DNA of 62,534 nt, filler included, from Choristocarpus tenellus KU-1152 (taxonomy: Eukaryota; Protista; Phaeophyceae): the NCBI GenBank assembly GCA_964200185.2. It is 12 parts of 12 records of this genome, joined end to end, with 100 filler letters (N's around TTAATTAATTAA, not from the genome) between each part and the next. Parts side by side here need not be neighbours in the genome. Positions count along the whole stretch, not along the records: positions 13,608 to 18,338 come from CAXNAD020013298.1; positions 18,439 to 21,625 come from CAXNAD020021675.1; positions 21,726 to 24,678 come from CAXNAD020023400.1; positions 24,779 to 32,218 come from CAXNAD020006161.1; 8 more parts are not named here. One strand, given 5' to 3'. This document shows positions 13,683 to 26,049 of the stretch, one piece after another; the stretch's first letter is position 1; each line of letters begins with the position of its first letter. The translations under genes and the position numbers were made by a program. Under the pieces are notes generated by a model, which was not told the origin of the DNA, made no database searches, and worked only from the letters and a program-made list of their open reading frames with translations.

Positions 13683-13977
13683 AGATTCCCTAGCAGCGAA
13701 TGGCAACCTCATCTACGATACTTCAGTTCGCTTTTATGTTTAATGTACGCAAAAGAAGTCCACAACAACCAAATTTAACACTGCAGAAGAGAGGCCGACA
13801 AAAAAGATTCCTGCACACTTGAGCATATAGACCCTTTTTCGTAGTGTACAAAAAAAAGTGTTTTGGCCAAGTCTAGGGATTCTTACAACGCAACTGTGTA
13901 TACCTCTCAGTGCTCATAATTGCTTGTTCATACTGCATATGGGAAAGGGGGGATATGCAAAGGACCCTCTTTGCAGT

Positions 13978-14155
13978 GACCCAAAGTATCTGGGGGGGGA
14001 GGGAAGGTCTACACTTGGGTGTCCATTTGGCCATAACCAGGAAAAGTGCACTTACATTATTCATCCGACGTATGCAACCAAATCACACAAAAATCGCGAC
14101 ATGAAAAATTGGCTCCAAATGGACAGTCGCCACCCTCCACCAGATACTTTCAGCC
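13978..14155. mobile_element. MITE family A, complete (178 bp)
   Basis: TIRs GACCCAAAGTATCTGG / CCAGATACTTTCAGCC; 3-bp duplication AGT on both sides. Confidence 0.88.
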
Positions 14156-14405
14156 AGTGCATGCACTTCTTTCGGTGCAAACATGTTACCACACTTATCT
14201 GTATTTGCGTTTCAGCTTTAAAATCGTTGAACGTTCGTAGTTATTCCTGTGCTTTCCAGGGGTTATCTACCAGTCTATGATGGTTCCCCATCGCTAACGA
14301 CTTGTGTGTGATGCAGTCCATTCAAAACCAAGACAGAAATCCCGTACCCCTCTGTATAGGTTTCAAAGCAAAACACTCACATGCCTTTCTGCTCCTCCCA
14401 CCGCA

Positions 14406-17400
14406 ATGGACTTTACACTTGCTATCCTATCAGTGGTGTACTTCACGATCCTCATGCTTAACGCAGCGAATGTAATCGAGAACATGCCAAGACAAGTGGA
14501 TTTCGTCCAAACAATTCTCATGGTCCACAACACCATTATGACGTAAGACATTCAAGAAAGGTTGCAAATATTTGTGGTTGCTGCAACATTTTACTGGAAG
14601 CGATAAACCTAAAACAAGAGTGAAGTTTGTAGTACTAATTTCTACTTTCAAGTATCCAAGTGGGAGAGATTATTGTATTTTTGTGATAGACGTTTAGCAG
14701 GAGAACATTCCAAATCGTTATCACGTAAAATGTTTCCTCTTGCGTTAAGTTGGCAGTATGATTAGAAAAGTACACATACTCTAGAAATATTCCTATACCC
14801 ATACAAAGAGTAGAGGCTCTGATCTTTTCCCCAGACTCCAACGTGTGTTCATATGATATCTTCTCTTTCACTTGCTTGTCCTCTCTGTTCTTACTATATG
14901 GACCTTGCAGCTAGCTATTAGTTTCTCTTTACTCCCGAACCCCTGCTCACTATGGATAACCGCAAACCAATCAAGCAACATCTTTGTGGGCCTGGCTGCT
15001 GACTGGGTATGCTTGACTTCCTCTAGATTTATCATTGAGCCTAACCAGGTAGCGTGGAAAAGGAAGGCTACAGTTGTGGTTGTGGTGGACTGCTTACAAA
15101 TTACCGAGTGGAAAAAAGAATGGACTTCCTCCAGGTAATGGAGGAGAATTCAGAATGCTGACTTTGTAGGTCAAGACCAAGGGAGTAGTGCGCTGATAGG
15201 AATGTCTATTGCGTCTCAGTATTGGTCCACTCGATACGTCTACTAAGCTTTAGGTAATATAGATTGTGTTGGATCTCACCTTAGAACACAACCTCTAGTA
15301 TGTTCTTATATGTTGAAGAATGCCGTGCATTCCAGGCCTCCTATTTGAGGAAGATTTTACTTGGACAGTGCAAGCATGGGCATGTTTTCTGACACTCCTC
15401 ATTAATTCAAGGTGTGAAATATAGTGATGCATCACCACAAAAAAAGAGAGTGTGTGCGCTGAAGAGATCCACTTCTTCTATCAGGGTTGCTCAATACTTA
15501 CTTACAAGTACCAATTTATCAGTAAAACCAATATTTGTCCAAGAGTTTATCGAGTTGTATCAGTGAAGGTCAGGGCATAATTCTTCTTAGGTGTATCTTT
15601 CTGGAATCTTCCTAGCAATGTCTACTTCAAACCACTCTCGCCAACATCTTTGAGAGCTGTAACACATACCATGCGTAGGACAAGTTTTGCAGCATGTTTC
15701 CAATCATAAGATTAATAGTGGAAACTGAGATAACTTGTTCGTGCTACTGCACCCTGCAGTGCAATTATGGAAGATGACTACCTGGACCCTGCATTCGAGA
15801 AGCATGTGCAAGACTTCCTTTGCTCGGAAAGTTATGACTTCCTTAAGGAGGTCAGGATATAGGGTCACATGTTTTCGCACTGTTTGTGATGAGGAAGACT
15901 AAGAAGGACGAAGAACGGTAGGAAAAGGTACTGAGGACGTGGAGGGTTATTGATAGGGTTTTGTTACTAGTATATCCTTACGTAAAGGCCGCGCCTCCCA
16001 AGTAGCAGGGGAACAAAAAGTCACTTGTTGGAGTCCCATGCTGAGCAGGCTCCTTTGGAGTCCTACTGTTAGCAGGTAAAAGAAGCGTGCCATATCTATA
16101 TAGGCAGCTTACTCTGGTCACTCATTGGATGTGTGCTAACCCCCACTTCTAGGCGACTGCCTACAGGAAAAGAAGAGGGATGATCATCGACGATCAGTAC
16201 AATGAGTTCCGAGTGATAGTGAAGCGCTTTGTGTTAGCTGGATCAGAGTTAGAGGTCAACATTGAAACGGCCATGCGGAACAAGATTCTCAAGGTGAGAT
16301 ATCACTCTACGGTGTTGAGATATCCTTAGTGTGAAGTCGTTGACTTCCTCTCTCTTTACAGAAAACACCAATAAAAGGTTCATGCGATAGTACAAACAGA
16401 TACATGAATTGGCACAAATTAAGCTTTAATGTCAAAAAACGAGAATAAATTCATATGCCTAGAATGTTACAGCTCTCTTGGTTGACTCAGATCCCTGCCT
16501 CCCTCCCTGTGATGCTCTTCCCCTATCACCATACACATTCATTTTGTTTCCACAAATGCACGACCACCCACCTGGGGTTGAGGGGTGTTGGTACAAATAG
16601 TGGAATGACCTCGCCCTCTTCAGCACTTTGGACGAGGATCAGAGATGTGGCGTATTATTTTACGCAGAGGCAGAGGTTCGCAAAATGCTCGAGCAGAATC
16701 TGCTTGGGTCGTTCTTAGATGGCAACTCCTTTGTCAATGCCTGCAAGAAGAGGGCAGAGGAAAAAGGTGAGAAATTGCACATTTCGAGGGGTGGGGACAG
16801 GGGTACTCAAGTGTATGTACAGTTACAAAAATGAGTTTTATTTGGCAAACACATTAATATTAGGCAATCGTGACACTTCCACTATTCCTGACCCTAACTC
16901 TGGATGGAAAATTGGAGTTTGGTTTATCAAGGATCTACCTAGTGTTCTTGACGGCATATTTACATACCAAAGACTGGTTTAAAATATGTGGAACATACCG
17001 AAAAGGAGAATGCCAATACAATACGCATGGCACTAGATATCAGTATGATGCATATATTGACGAGCCTGCCTGGACAGATCCTCCAGTGGGTCAAACAGAA
17101 ATTCGATTCCATGAAGACAGCGTGTTTTTTTATGGCAGGAAACGAACAGCCCAATCAAAGAAGGGGTTTCCAGCTTGTCTTTTTTTCTTCTTCCTTTCTC
17201 GTCTCTGCTTTCAGTACCTCATGATCAATTGTGATGAGCAAATCAGACATATAACCAGTCTGACACTGAGTCCCTCCTTCACCCCTCCCTTGGTCTGTCT
17301 GCCAATCCAAGCTAAAGAACAGGAGGGATCAGAAAGTATGTCCGTTCCTTCTACTGAAGACCTTCTTGCAGCAGCCAATGGACAACAAGTTAGGAAAAAC

Positions 17401-17436
17401 AGCCTCCTCATGGCGGCAATTGACATGGAAGCATGA
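14406..17436 (+). CDS. Transmembrane RGS-domain protein (7TM-RGS-like), 3' portion
   Basis: Phase-consistent exons ~14406-14542 (hydrophobic helix), ~14922-15134, 15760-15850 (AIMEDDYLDPAFEKHVQDFLCSESYDFLKE), 16153-16293 (YNEFRVIVKRFVLAGSELEVNIETAMRNKI, the RGS signature F...GS..EVNI), 16601-16766 (AEAEVRKMLEQNLLGSF) and 17312-17436 (stop). The 5' end is uncertain. Confidence 0.85.
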
Positions 17437-17701
17437 CATGAGATAGATATATATAGGAAGATTAGGGTAATAAAATGGAGGTTTGGATCAGTGTAGCATA
17501 TTTGACTAGAGTTGGTCTCACTCTCTCCATCCTGACCTGCCTGTGCCATAACCCTGAGGGTCTGCACAGAATTTTCTAGTAAGTGGTCAAAGTGGTTTAT
17601 GGTAGATGCTGTAAGTGCCCTGGTTACAAGTTAAGTGACTATTGTTGCAGTGCAGTTGGGGCCTGCTCCTTCTGGTGATGGTATTGCTGCTGCTGTCTCA
17701 C

Positions 17702-17876
17702 CTGAAATATTCTTAATAGATGTATGATTCCTCCACATGCCTCCTTAACAATACTGCTGGACCTAACACTGTTCACAACCACTGTGATGATGGGTGCACT
17801 TGCTAGAGAGGTATTCCCCCACAGGACGAATTCGAGTTTGGGGTGGTCACCAATGGATTTCTTGTGAACTGTAGGC
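17702..17876 (-). CDS. Candidate exon of a convergent gene, unknown (helical/ARM-like)
   Basis: AAG acceptor, GTGAGA donor, open frame ...IVKEACGGIIHLLRIFQ; next in-phase CAG acceptor at 17562. Confidence 0.3.
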
Positions 17877-18501
17877 CTTGTTAGACACATCAATGCCAAA
17901 AATATGTCAAGCATAACCCTACCTCAGGTCAAAACGGAGAGGACTTCCATATATGGTAGTTGATATAATTTGACAGCTGAACAGGATATATCACAAGATG
18001 TTGATACCTCAGTATCGTGATTCGATATTTTCTTCTAGACCTCGAACAAAAAAGTATCAGTTTTCCGAAATTTCAAGTAGTTAGTTCCACATTTTCTTTG
18101 TTGATATATTTATACCAACATGTCCATTTGGTCGGTGGTGTTCCAACTTGAAAAAAAACTACCTCCGTGCCATAATTCTGTTCCACGTTGTCCATAACTT
18201 TTGAAGATGATGAAATTCATTTATGAGAGAAGATTTGAAATCCTTGACGAATTTCTGGTTAGGGTCAGCTCTTTTTATTATTAGGCTTAGGAGGGGGTGG
18301 CGGCTGTCCTTTTGGGGTCAATTTTTTCATGTCGTGATNNNNNNNNNNNNNNNNNNNNNNNNNNNNNNNNNNNNNNNNNNNNTTAATTAATTAANNNNNN
18401 NNNNNNNNNNNNNNNNNNNNNNNNNNNNNNNNNNNNNNTTGTTTTTAAAAGTTGTTTTGTTGTTTTTTGGATTTTGTTGGTTTTTTGTGTTTTTTTTTTG
18501 T

Positions 18502-18539
<38 letters not shown>

Positions 18540-18804
18540 TGAAGGGAGACTGTTCTTTAGTGTGTGTGTTTGTTCTGCAACAGATAGCTACACTGCATCA
18601 CACCATCCAGAGTTGGGTTTTGTGTCCTTCTTGGCGTTCTTGTTCATCGCCTAACCCTAACCCTATCGTTGCCTGCTTTGTATTGGTCTACAGTCTTGCT
18701 TGATTCCTGTCGATAGCGATAGCGGCTTGAAAATTCCACACGCTGTTTTCCCCTGCCTTGCTTTTTTTTTTTTTTTTGGGGGGGGGGTTGTCCTCACTGT
18801 TCAG

Positions 18805-19197
18805 GTATGCAGTACCTGGATTTGTCCGAGGTGTACCTTCCGAAACATCCAAGAGTACGATACCTGTGAGATATGCAGCGCAAGGCCTTCCTACCGACGG
18901 GGCTGCCCCTCCTCCATGGCCTTGGTAGACACGGTGGCGAGGAAGTCATGGGTGTGTCCTGACTGCACCCACGAAAATATTGGGGTCAATGTCTGCATTT
19001 GTGGAAGGAGGGAGGAGTCGTCACGCCGAGTCAGCAAGCGCCCCTCCTCCTCTTTAAATGACTTGTCGCCCTCTTCTCCCCAACTGTCACCTATGTTGTC
19101 TCCGGTTCCGGGTGCAGCTGCTGCGTGCTCTGCTGCACCCACAGGGCAAGGAGGGACAGTAGCAGGAGGTCAATCCAAACGTACCAGAACAAAATAG
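18805..19197 (+). CDS. Exon with RanBP2-type zinc finger(s); possibly a pseudogene
   Basis: WICPRCTFRNIQEYDTCEIC fits W-x-C-x2-C-x3-N-x6-C-x2-C exactly; a second, imperfect finger WVCPDCTHENIGVNVCIC follows; CAG acceptor at 18804. Confidence 0.7.
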   Translation, partial: VCSTWICPRCTFRNIQEYDTCEICSARPSYRRGCPSSMALVDTVARKSWVCPDCTHENIGVNVCICGRREESSRRVSKRPSSSLNDLSPSSPQLSPMLSPVPGAAAACSAAPTGQGGTVAGGQSKRTRTK

Positions 19198-20036
19198 TCG
19201 TAGACGTTCCTATGTCCTTTTGGGCACTCCGATGTAGTCTGAAAGTCAACCACCCTTCTCACTTTGGTACGTCCAAAACTGTTATTTCGTTGAACTCTGA
19301 CGTCAGCACCAACAGTGCCCCTCTCGCCTCAGCAACAGGGGTGCCTCTAGAGGAGACGGAGACATTCGATAGACCCCCCAAATCTGTTGTTGGAGGCTGT
19401 GGAGTGGGTAGAGGACTTGACGTAATGGTGCGGCAGGAAGCAAGAGAGGATATGATATTGGTAGTGTTACAGTGATCGCTTGGTTGTCGTTGAAGGTTTA
19501 TATTGGGAGCCCTTTTTTGGTACAGTCATCTTGTCTCTTCTGGTGTTAGGGCTAAGTTAGGTTTGTATGGAGAAATGGGCAATGCATGCGTGTGGCTGGA
19601 GCAAATTGTGCACCTCATGATTCCTGCTCACACACTGCTTAGCATTTCACTTGACAACTTTGTTCTAAGTTTGTCTAGTGTTCAGTAAGAGTAACGGCTT
19701 ATTAGTTGAATATAGATAGATGGGTCAAAAGCACATGGAAGTATACTATAATATACTATACCATCCGCTATTGCATGTTTCGTGGTATATGCTGCAAGGT
19801 GTCTTCATTACTGTGATCCCATTTCGCTTCTCAAGCAATGCAAGTGATTATGAGGCAGGGGGTAGTGCTAAAGTGTACTTTCTATAGTATATCAATATTG
19901 GATTGTGTACAATTGTGTACGAACTGTTAAACCTTCACTCGAGTAGGACTATCGCCTGCTGGTGAATGTTACAATTATTGTATACAATGTTGTACTATAA
20001 CTTCGTATATATCACCCACCCTAGTACGGCACCACT

Positions 20037-20299
20037 GAGTTAAAGTAAGTGAGAGGTACACCCAGAGTTGCATTTTGAGGATGGTGGCAAATTATACACA
20101 AAATTCAACATTTTTTTCATACGCGTACAGGTTATTTGCTAGATTGTGTCATAATTTTTCAAACAATAGAGAAGTAAACGTTATCAACTCAAATTTAGTA
20201 CTTTCATCCATATAAATATGGGTGAACTGCAACAGATAAAAAAATTGGCCTCAAATGCAAAACGAACAAAAATTGGGTACCTCTCGTGTACTTTGGCTC
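20037..20299. mobile_element. MITE family C, complete
   Basis: TIRs GAGTTAAAGTAAGTGAGAGGTAC / GTACCTCTCGTGTACTTTGGCTC; ACT duplication. Confidence 0.8.
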
Positions 20300-20596
20300 A
20301 CTACAACAACAAGAACTAGCATTATGGTAATAATGATGATGTCCCTTGTAAGAAGGAAAGATGAAAGAGGCCTTTTGTCTTTCGAGGGATCATGATTTGG
20401 ACCTGTGATAGATCTTAGGTTGATCAAGGTCTGTGGCAAATATGCAGTATACCCTTTCCTCACACCACTGAAATTTGTATTTTGGAATAAGAATATGACA
20501 TGAAAGGGGTGGTGGTGATATGTTTGCGTTTACAGTATCATAAAATTGAACAATTTCGTACAAGTCCTTTATGTCGGTTGTTCAATATATATATGG

Positions 20597-20803
20597 GAGT
20601 CATAATATAGCAACAGCCAACCCTCCAAGATAATATGCCTTATCCCAGTTTTTTTTATCGTTCGCAATTCACTCGTATTTCTATGAAGTGTAAAGTTCAA
20701 CTTGAGAGTGTCGATTTCTCTATTGTTTGAAACTTTTCGACACATTTCAGAAAATATCCTGTACGCATTTGTAACTGTGGGTACCTCTTATTTAGTTTGA
20801 CTC
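20597..20803. mobile_element. MITE family C, internally deleted/diverged
   Basis: GAGTCA...TTTGACTC ends; shared internal TCAC.CGTATTTCTATG...TTTCTCTATTGTT; flanks ATGG/ATAG. Confidence 0.7.
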
Positions 20804-21478
20804 ATAGTGTCACGGAGCGCTCTGTAGTGCTGTGAAGCACGACACAATAACTATACTTGTGTGTGGATGCTTGGTGGATGATATTATCTTGTGATCAAGG
20901 CATACTTGACTGCCCCTGCTTGGGCGAAGAGCCATCCCGGTGCGATGTGCGTAGTCGATATACCGCGCGACCACAATATTCCGCAGTCAGCACCCTAAAC
21001 ACCTCGTCTACAGTATACTCCCCCCCCCCCCAGACACCAGGAGGAATTTGAAGGCATGATGTTCAGATATTCCCGAGGTGGGACCCCTTGATGAACTTAC
21101 TACACGCACATAAGCAACACATACGCCCAACATCACACGCATATAGTGTTGCTACCACCAAGACCAAAAACAATGAATAGATGTAGTCCTGATGCTGCTC
21201 AATGATGCTTGGGCTCTATCAACTCTGAGTGCCTAGACCCCTCCTAGCCGCGTGGTGACATCAGCTTGGTGTTCCACTTTGGATTCACTGTGGTAGTAGT
21301 AAACGTGCCACGTTGACATTACCCCCCCTGATCTATGCACTGGCAATTCTGCCACCAGATTGATCCACGTGTTACAGGTGGACAAGGTTGTGGTCATCCG
21401 CATCTCATCATCGACCCACAAAATAAAGTTCTGCCCAATCGACTTTGCGGGTATTCCCAACATTTACGAATCTCTGGT

Positions 21479-21625
21479 GGCTCAAAGTATCTGGGGGGGG
21501 GGGTGGCGACTGTCCATTTGGGGCCAATTTTTGCATGTCGCGATTTTTGGGTAATTTGGTTCTCCATACGTCGAATGGATAATGAAAGTACACTTTTCCT
21601 GGTTTTGGCCCAAATGGATACCCTG
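21479..21625. mobile_element. MITE family A, cut by contig end
   Basis: Starts GGCTCAAAGTATCTGGGG; internal match to other A copies. Confidence 0.85.
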
Positions 21626-21771
21626 NNNNNNNNNNNNNNNNNNNNNNNNNNNNNNNNNNNNNNNNNNNNTTAATTAATTAANNNNNNNNNNNNNNNNNNN
21701 NNNNNNNNNNNNNNNNNNNNNNNNNGTTTATTTGTGCTTGATTGTTGTCGTGTTTGTGTGGCGGCGGGTGC

Positions 21772-21951
21772 GGGGGGGGGGGGGGGGGGGGGTGGGGGGG
21801 GATCTACACCAGGGTGTCCATTTGGGTCAAATCCAGGAAAGGTGCACTTACATTCTCTATCTGACGTATGCAACCAAATCACCCAAAAATCACGACATGA
21901 AGAAATTGATCCCAAATGGACAGCCATCATCCTCCCCAGATACTTTGAGCC
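21772..21951. mobile_element. MITE family A (reverse orientation), left end lost in poly-G
   Basis: Ends CCCCAGATACTTTGAGCC. Confidence 0.85.
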
Positions 21952-22123
21952 TGTGTGTGTGAGTTTGTGTTTCCCCACACGATTGATAGGGTGAGGAAGT
22001 ATACTGTAGAGGACGCACTTTAGTGACCTATGTATATACAAGTTTTCGTGCGTGTGATCTCCTCTAGCCTGACCTGTGAAGCAATACCCGAGTATACACG
22101 TGAGCATAGGAAAAGCATATTGA

Positions 22124-22375
22124 GAGTCAAAGTACACAAGAGGTAACCAGTTTTTGGCTGCTTTGAATCATTAGCCGATTCTTCAATCTCTTGTAATTCA
22201 CCCATATTTCTATGGGTGAAGTACTAAGTGTGACCTGAGAGAGTTGTGATTTCTCTACTGTTCGAAATTTTCGACAAAATTCGGAAAATGTCCTATACAC
22301 ATTTGAAAAAAACCCAACAAATTTTGCACATATTTTCCAGCATCCTTAAAAAATGACTCTCGTTTGCTTTGAATC
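22124..22375. mobile_element. MITE family C
   Basis: GAGTCAAAGTACACAAGAGGTA ... CTCTCGTTTGCTTTGAATC. Confidence 0.78.
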
Positions 22376-22812
22376 CGAGTTCTGTAAGCATTGTGTAGGC
22401 GTGTGTGAGTGTCTGCCATTGTTTGATCCTGTACGAGCTTTCAACATATTTTATTGTCTACAACTGTAATTGGGGTTGATTGATGCCTTCTGATTGGCGG
22501 ATCATGCCGAGTGGTGCAGCTACAAGAACTCTATTCTGAACCAAATTATTCCTAGTATACTGAGCTATCAACAACTCGAGATCCCTATCCAACTAAAGCC
22601 TTGTAATGGACCTAGCTCAAACTGCACTCTACCTGCACCCTTCTGCTCTGTTCCTCGAGATGCAGTAACCCCAAATGTGTCACAAGAGAAGCAACAAGTT
22701 CCCCCAAAACAAGTCGTATACTCCATATACACAGTATAATCATAGAGTCCTGCTCTATGGCTTGGTTACACCATCTCTCCACGACCAGTTCCCAACCTAA
22801 TTCACAAATTCC

Positions 22813-22914
22813 TGTATGGCAGCCAAGGTGGCCAATGTTGGCGTCACAAAGGTGCTTCTTGAGCATGGGGCAACAGTGGATGTGTTTGATCATGACAACT
22901 GGATACCAAGGGAG
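22813..22914 (+). pseudogene. Ankyrin-repeat exon fragment
   Basis: CMAAKVANVGVTKVLLEHGATVDVFDHDNWIPRE followed by a GTATGT donor; in-frame TAA just upstream and no clear acceptor. Confidence 0.65.
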
Positions 22915-23528
22915 GTATGTACTTTCCCCTTCAACTTTGTTGGATAGTGGAGACGTAACATGCTGTGAACTGCATATCACTTTGTTGGACTGATTGTGAA
23001 GTGTGGTAGTAACCCCAATTCCGTAGCACCAATTCCAGTCCCTCTGAACGAGCCCTTAACCCCCCCCTCCCCCCCAAAGACAATGCCCTCCCCTCAAGAC
23101 CATGTAGCTGTGCTGTCCCACAGGGTATTGTTTTACATCACCCAACATTTTCATTGTCATCAGCCCTAACCCTAACCCTGACCCTGTTGTGTGCAGTTTG
23201 CAATAAACCACTACTCTTGTGGGTTTTTGATAATTGGCGTTTTGTTTTCATAATAGGCTAGAGCTTTGATGCTCACGACACTCTCGGCAGTCCAATTCTG
23301 CAAGGTTGAGCAATTTCGTGTGCCAAATGGATCCAAAAAATCGGTCAAACATTCCCCAATAGACGAGCCGTCTTTCAAAATCAGGTAGGTTGAGAGGCAG
23401 TTAAAAACTCTATCTGTGCAGGCATTAATACCTTGTTTTAAATATTTAAAAAATGGTCGCTTATCGTACAAACAGGTCCTGCTAATTTAACCACATAATA
23501 CCTTCCTCCAGTATTTTGCGTAACATAA

Positions 23529-23745
23529 GATGAGAAAAACTGTACAACAGAAGTATCAATGAGAAAAACTGCACAAGAGAACCATCAATGTTAAAAATTG
23601 TACAACAAAAGTATTAATGAGAAAAAATATACAACAAAAGTAATGATGAGAAATACTATACAGTAGAACCATTGATGAGAAAAACTGTACAATAGAACCA
23701 TTAATGAGGGGGAAACTGTACAACAGAACCATTAATGAGAAAAAC
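23529..23745. repeat. 29-bp minisatellite (AATGAGAAAAACTGTACAACAGAACCATT) x~7.5
   Basis: Head-to-tail diverged units without unique spacers. Confidence 0.92.
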
Positions 23746-24279
23746 AAATATAAATGTGCCTACCTTCAAACCCTACTGGGCTTGCTAGCTTCGTGCATGG
23801 TACTACTATATAGAGCACACGCCATTAACAGCCGATTTTATTGTTATTTATTTTATTTCATTTTTTTTCAATACAAAAAAAAACATATCGACACTTTATC
23901 CCAGTCAATTTTTGGTCTTTCCCATCCTCTGCGAAAAACACAAACCATAATTTTTCCCATCCCCCCCCCTTTGAATTTGTNNNNNNNNNNGTCAAGCCCA
24001 TCCTCAATGAAAAGCTCCATCCTCAATTTTTGAAATCGGCTGTTCTTTAGAGCACTCTGCAACAAAAGAACAACATTGCACTCCCCAGCCCCCTCAGTTA
24101 GATTTGGTGCGACCTAGAACTCTGTCAATATCAAGAATGACCTGCCAAAAGGGGTTAAATTACTGGGTACTATTCCCTTCAAACAAAGTACACAGCTTGT
24201 AGTTGCCCTGGTATCGGAGATACCACTGAACACCTGTTCCTTGTTCTACACAACCACTCCTGTGCTGCTCAAGGATAGA

Positions 24280-24576
24280 GACCCTAATCATTTAAGAGGG
24301 TAGGAGTTTTTTTGCCCTGTTTGTCCGTTCAGGGCTTGCCTTCCCTTTTTTTTTGTTTCTTATGCCCTTTTTTTTCTGTTTTCTGTGTGAACACAGTTAC
24401 ATACTCCGAAATATTTTGGAGTAGATGAAATGTGCACAACTAACTATCAAAGTCGTGTCCGCAGAAAGGATATCAACACTTGCTAACACACACGGTAGCC
24501 AAAAATAATCAAAATCGCAACATTGGACTTATAACCCCAAACTGATGCTGCCCTACCCTCTATAATGCTTTTTGGT
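24280..24576. mobile_element. MITE family B (reverse orientation), diverged
   Basis: TTAAGAGGGTAG...AAAATCGCAACATTGGA...CTACCCTCTA shared with other B copies. Confidence 0.75.
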
Positions 24577-24778
24577 CACTCAAAGATATTGTGTTGCCCT
24601 TCTGTGCCCCCCCCCCCCCCCCCCCCCCCGCCCCCACGCCGCCCCCGGCCGGTGCGGCGGGCCGGGCCGCGTGCCGCGNNNNNNNNNNNNNNNNNNNNNN
24701 NNNNNNNNNNNNNNNNNNNNNNTTAATTAATTAANNNNNNNNNNNNNNNNNNNNNNNNNNNNNNNNNNNNNNNNNNNN

Positions 24779-26049
24779 ATGCTGAAATCCGCCATCTCAA
24801 AACCAAACGACGAACAAATGGTCCTGACAAGAATTCGCGAGTGTTTTCCCAAACCTTTCCCGAGCCCACTGATACCCTACCAGTATGTCAATTCGAAGGG
24901 TGTAAAGCAAGATCGCGGCGAGGACATTCGACGGAAAACTGTTGGTTCAACCCTTGGGGCACCAATTATCACCCCCCAAGGACAACTCGCGAACGTCCAG
25001 AGAGAAGAGACCGTCGAACCCAAGATTCGACCAAGTCATTCGACCAGTTGGTATCTGCCATCACAGCACGTTTGACAGAGTCATTACAGCAACCGAATTC
25101 AAAGGACTCTGAAGATCACCCTGAATCCAGGGAGAAACGAACTAGGACCGGGCAGAAATAGGGGTGCCTTGCAGAATCTAGTTCCCAGGACACTGTAGGG
25201 ATAAGAGTTCAAGAATAAAATAGGAACTTGTGGTGTAGGGCAGCCTCAGATGTAGTAGAGAGAACAAATAAGACCCAACACAGTAAATACTCAAGGTCAG
25301 TACACCAAAAGTTGCCACAACACTGTAAACATTCAAGGTCAGCACACCAAAAGTTGCCACAAGCAGGACATGTAACAACTGTTGCATCTGCTCTTTCTTT
25401 TTCCACACAACCAATTTTGGCCGTGGGTGACATATCTGTTACATCTGAAATGTGTTGTTCCACTTTAACATACTGTTGGCACACATCAGCAATCCAACAC
25501 TATTCTAACTCCCCTCGTGTGCTAAATGTTTCATCTCGCCGCGTAAGAATTCCTGGGTATGTTGAAAATGAACCTTTAATGAGCATTACTGTTGATACTG
25601 CTACTGACATTCCAGTAATATCTCTCAGATACATTGAAGCCCACCCAACACTTTGCAAGGCACCCATTCGGGAGATTCCAGCAGGCGCTCTGAATTTAAA
25701 AGGAGCAGGTGGTAGACCTCTCTCTGTAACTGGTTTCATTCAATTTACACTACAACTTGGTGACATAACAATGCCTGTCCAAGCAGTGGTCATACCTAAT
25801 CTGGGAGTAGATAAAATTTTGTTGGATAACAGCATTATGTCGGCATTCGGGGCAGTGCTAGATTGGGATAGAGAGGAGATGTCATTTAAAGACAGTGATC
25901 AATGCATTCCAGCAAAACACAAAATCGTACCCCTTCCCATCTGTTCCCCCCCAAAAGATTTTTGCCAGACAGAAAATACATATCATGTTTCAATTTCAGT
26001 AATCACATCTGAATTTAATACACCAGTGCACACAGTATTGCCCCCTTGA
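24779..26049 (+). mobile_element. Ty3/Gypsy LTR-retrotransposon gag (Zn knuckle) - aspartic protease fragment
   Basis: CQFEGCKARSRRGHSTENCW knuckle; protease ITVDTATDIPVIS...LKGAGGRPLSVTG...ILLDNSIM...GAVLDW; both in one frame, separated by in-frame TAG and TAA. Confidence 0.85.

Noticed and set aside
23529-23745. 29-bp repeats as a CRISPR array (also the repeats at 2447 and 56535)
   Set aside because: Head-to-tail diverged units, no unique spacers, no cas genes, eukaryotic context
24605-24678. Extremely GC-rich tail after poly-C (similar at 18439-18540, 21726-21800 and 46517-46556)
   Set aside because: Typical low-quality sequence next to homopolymers at contig ends
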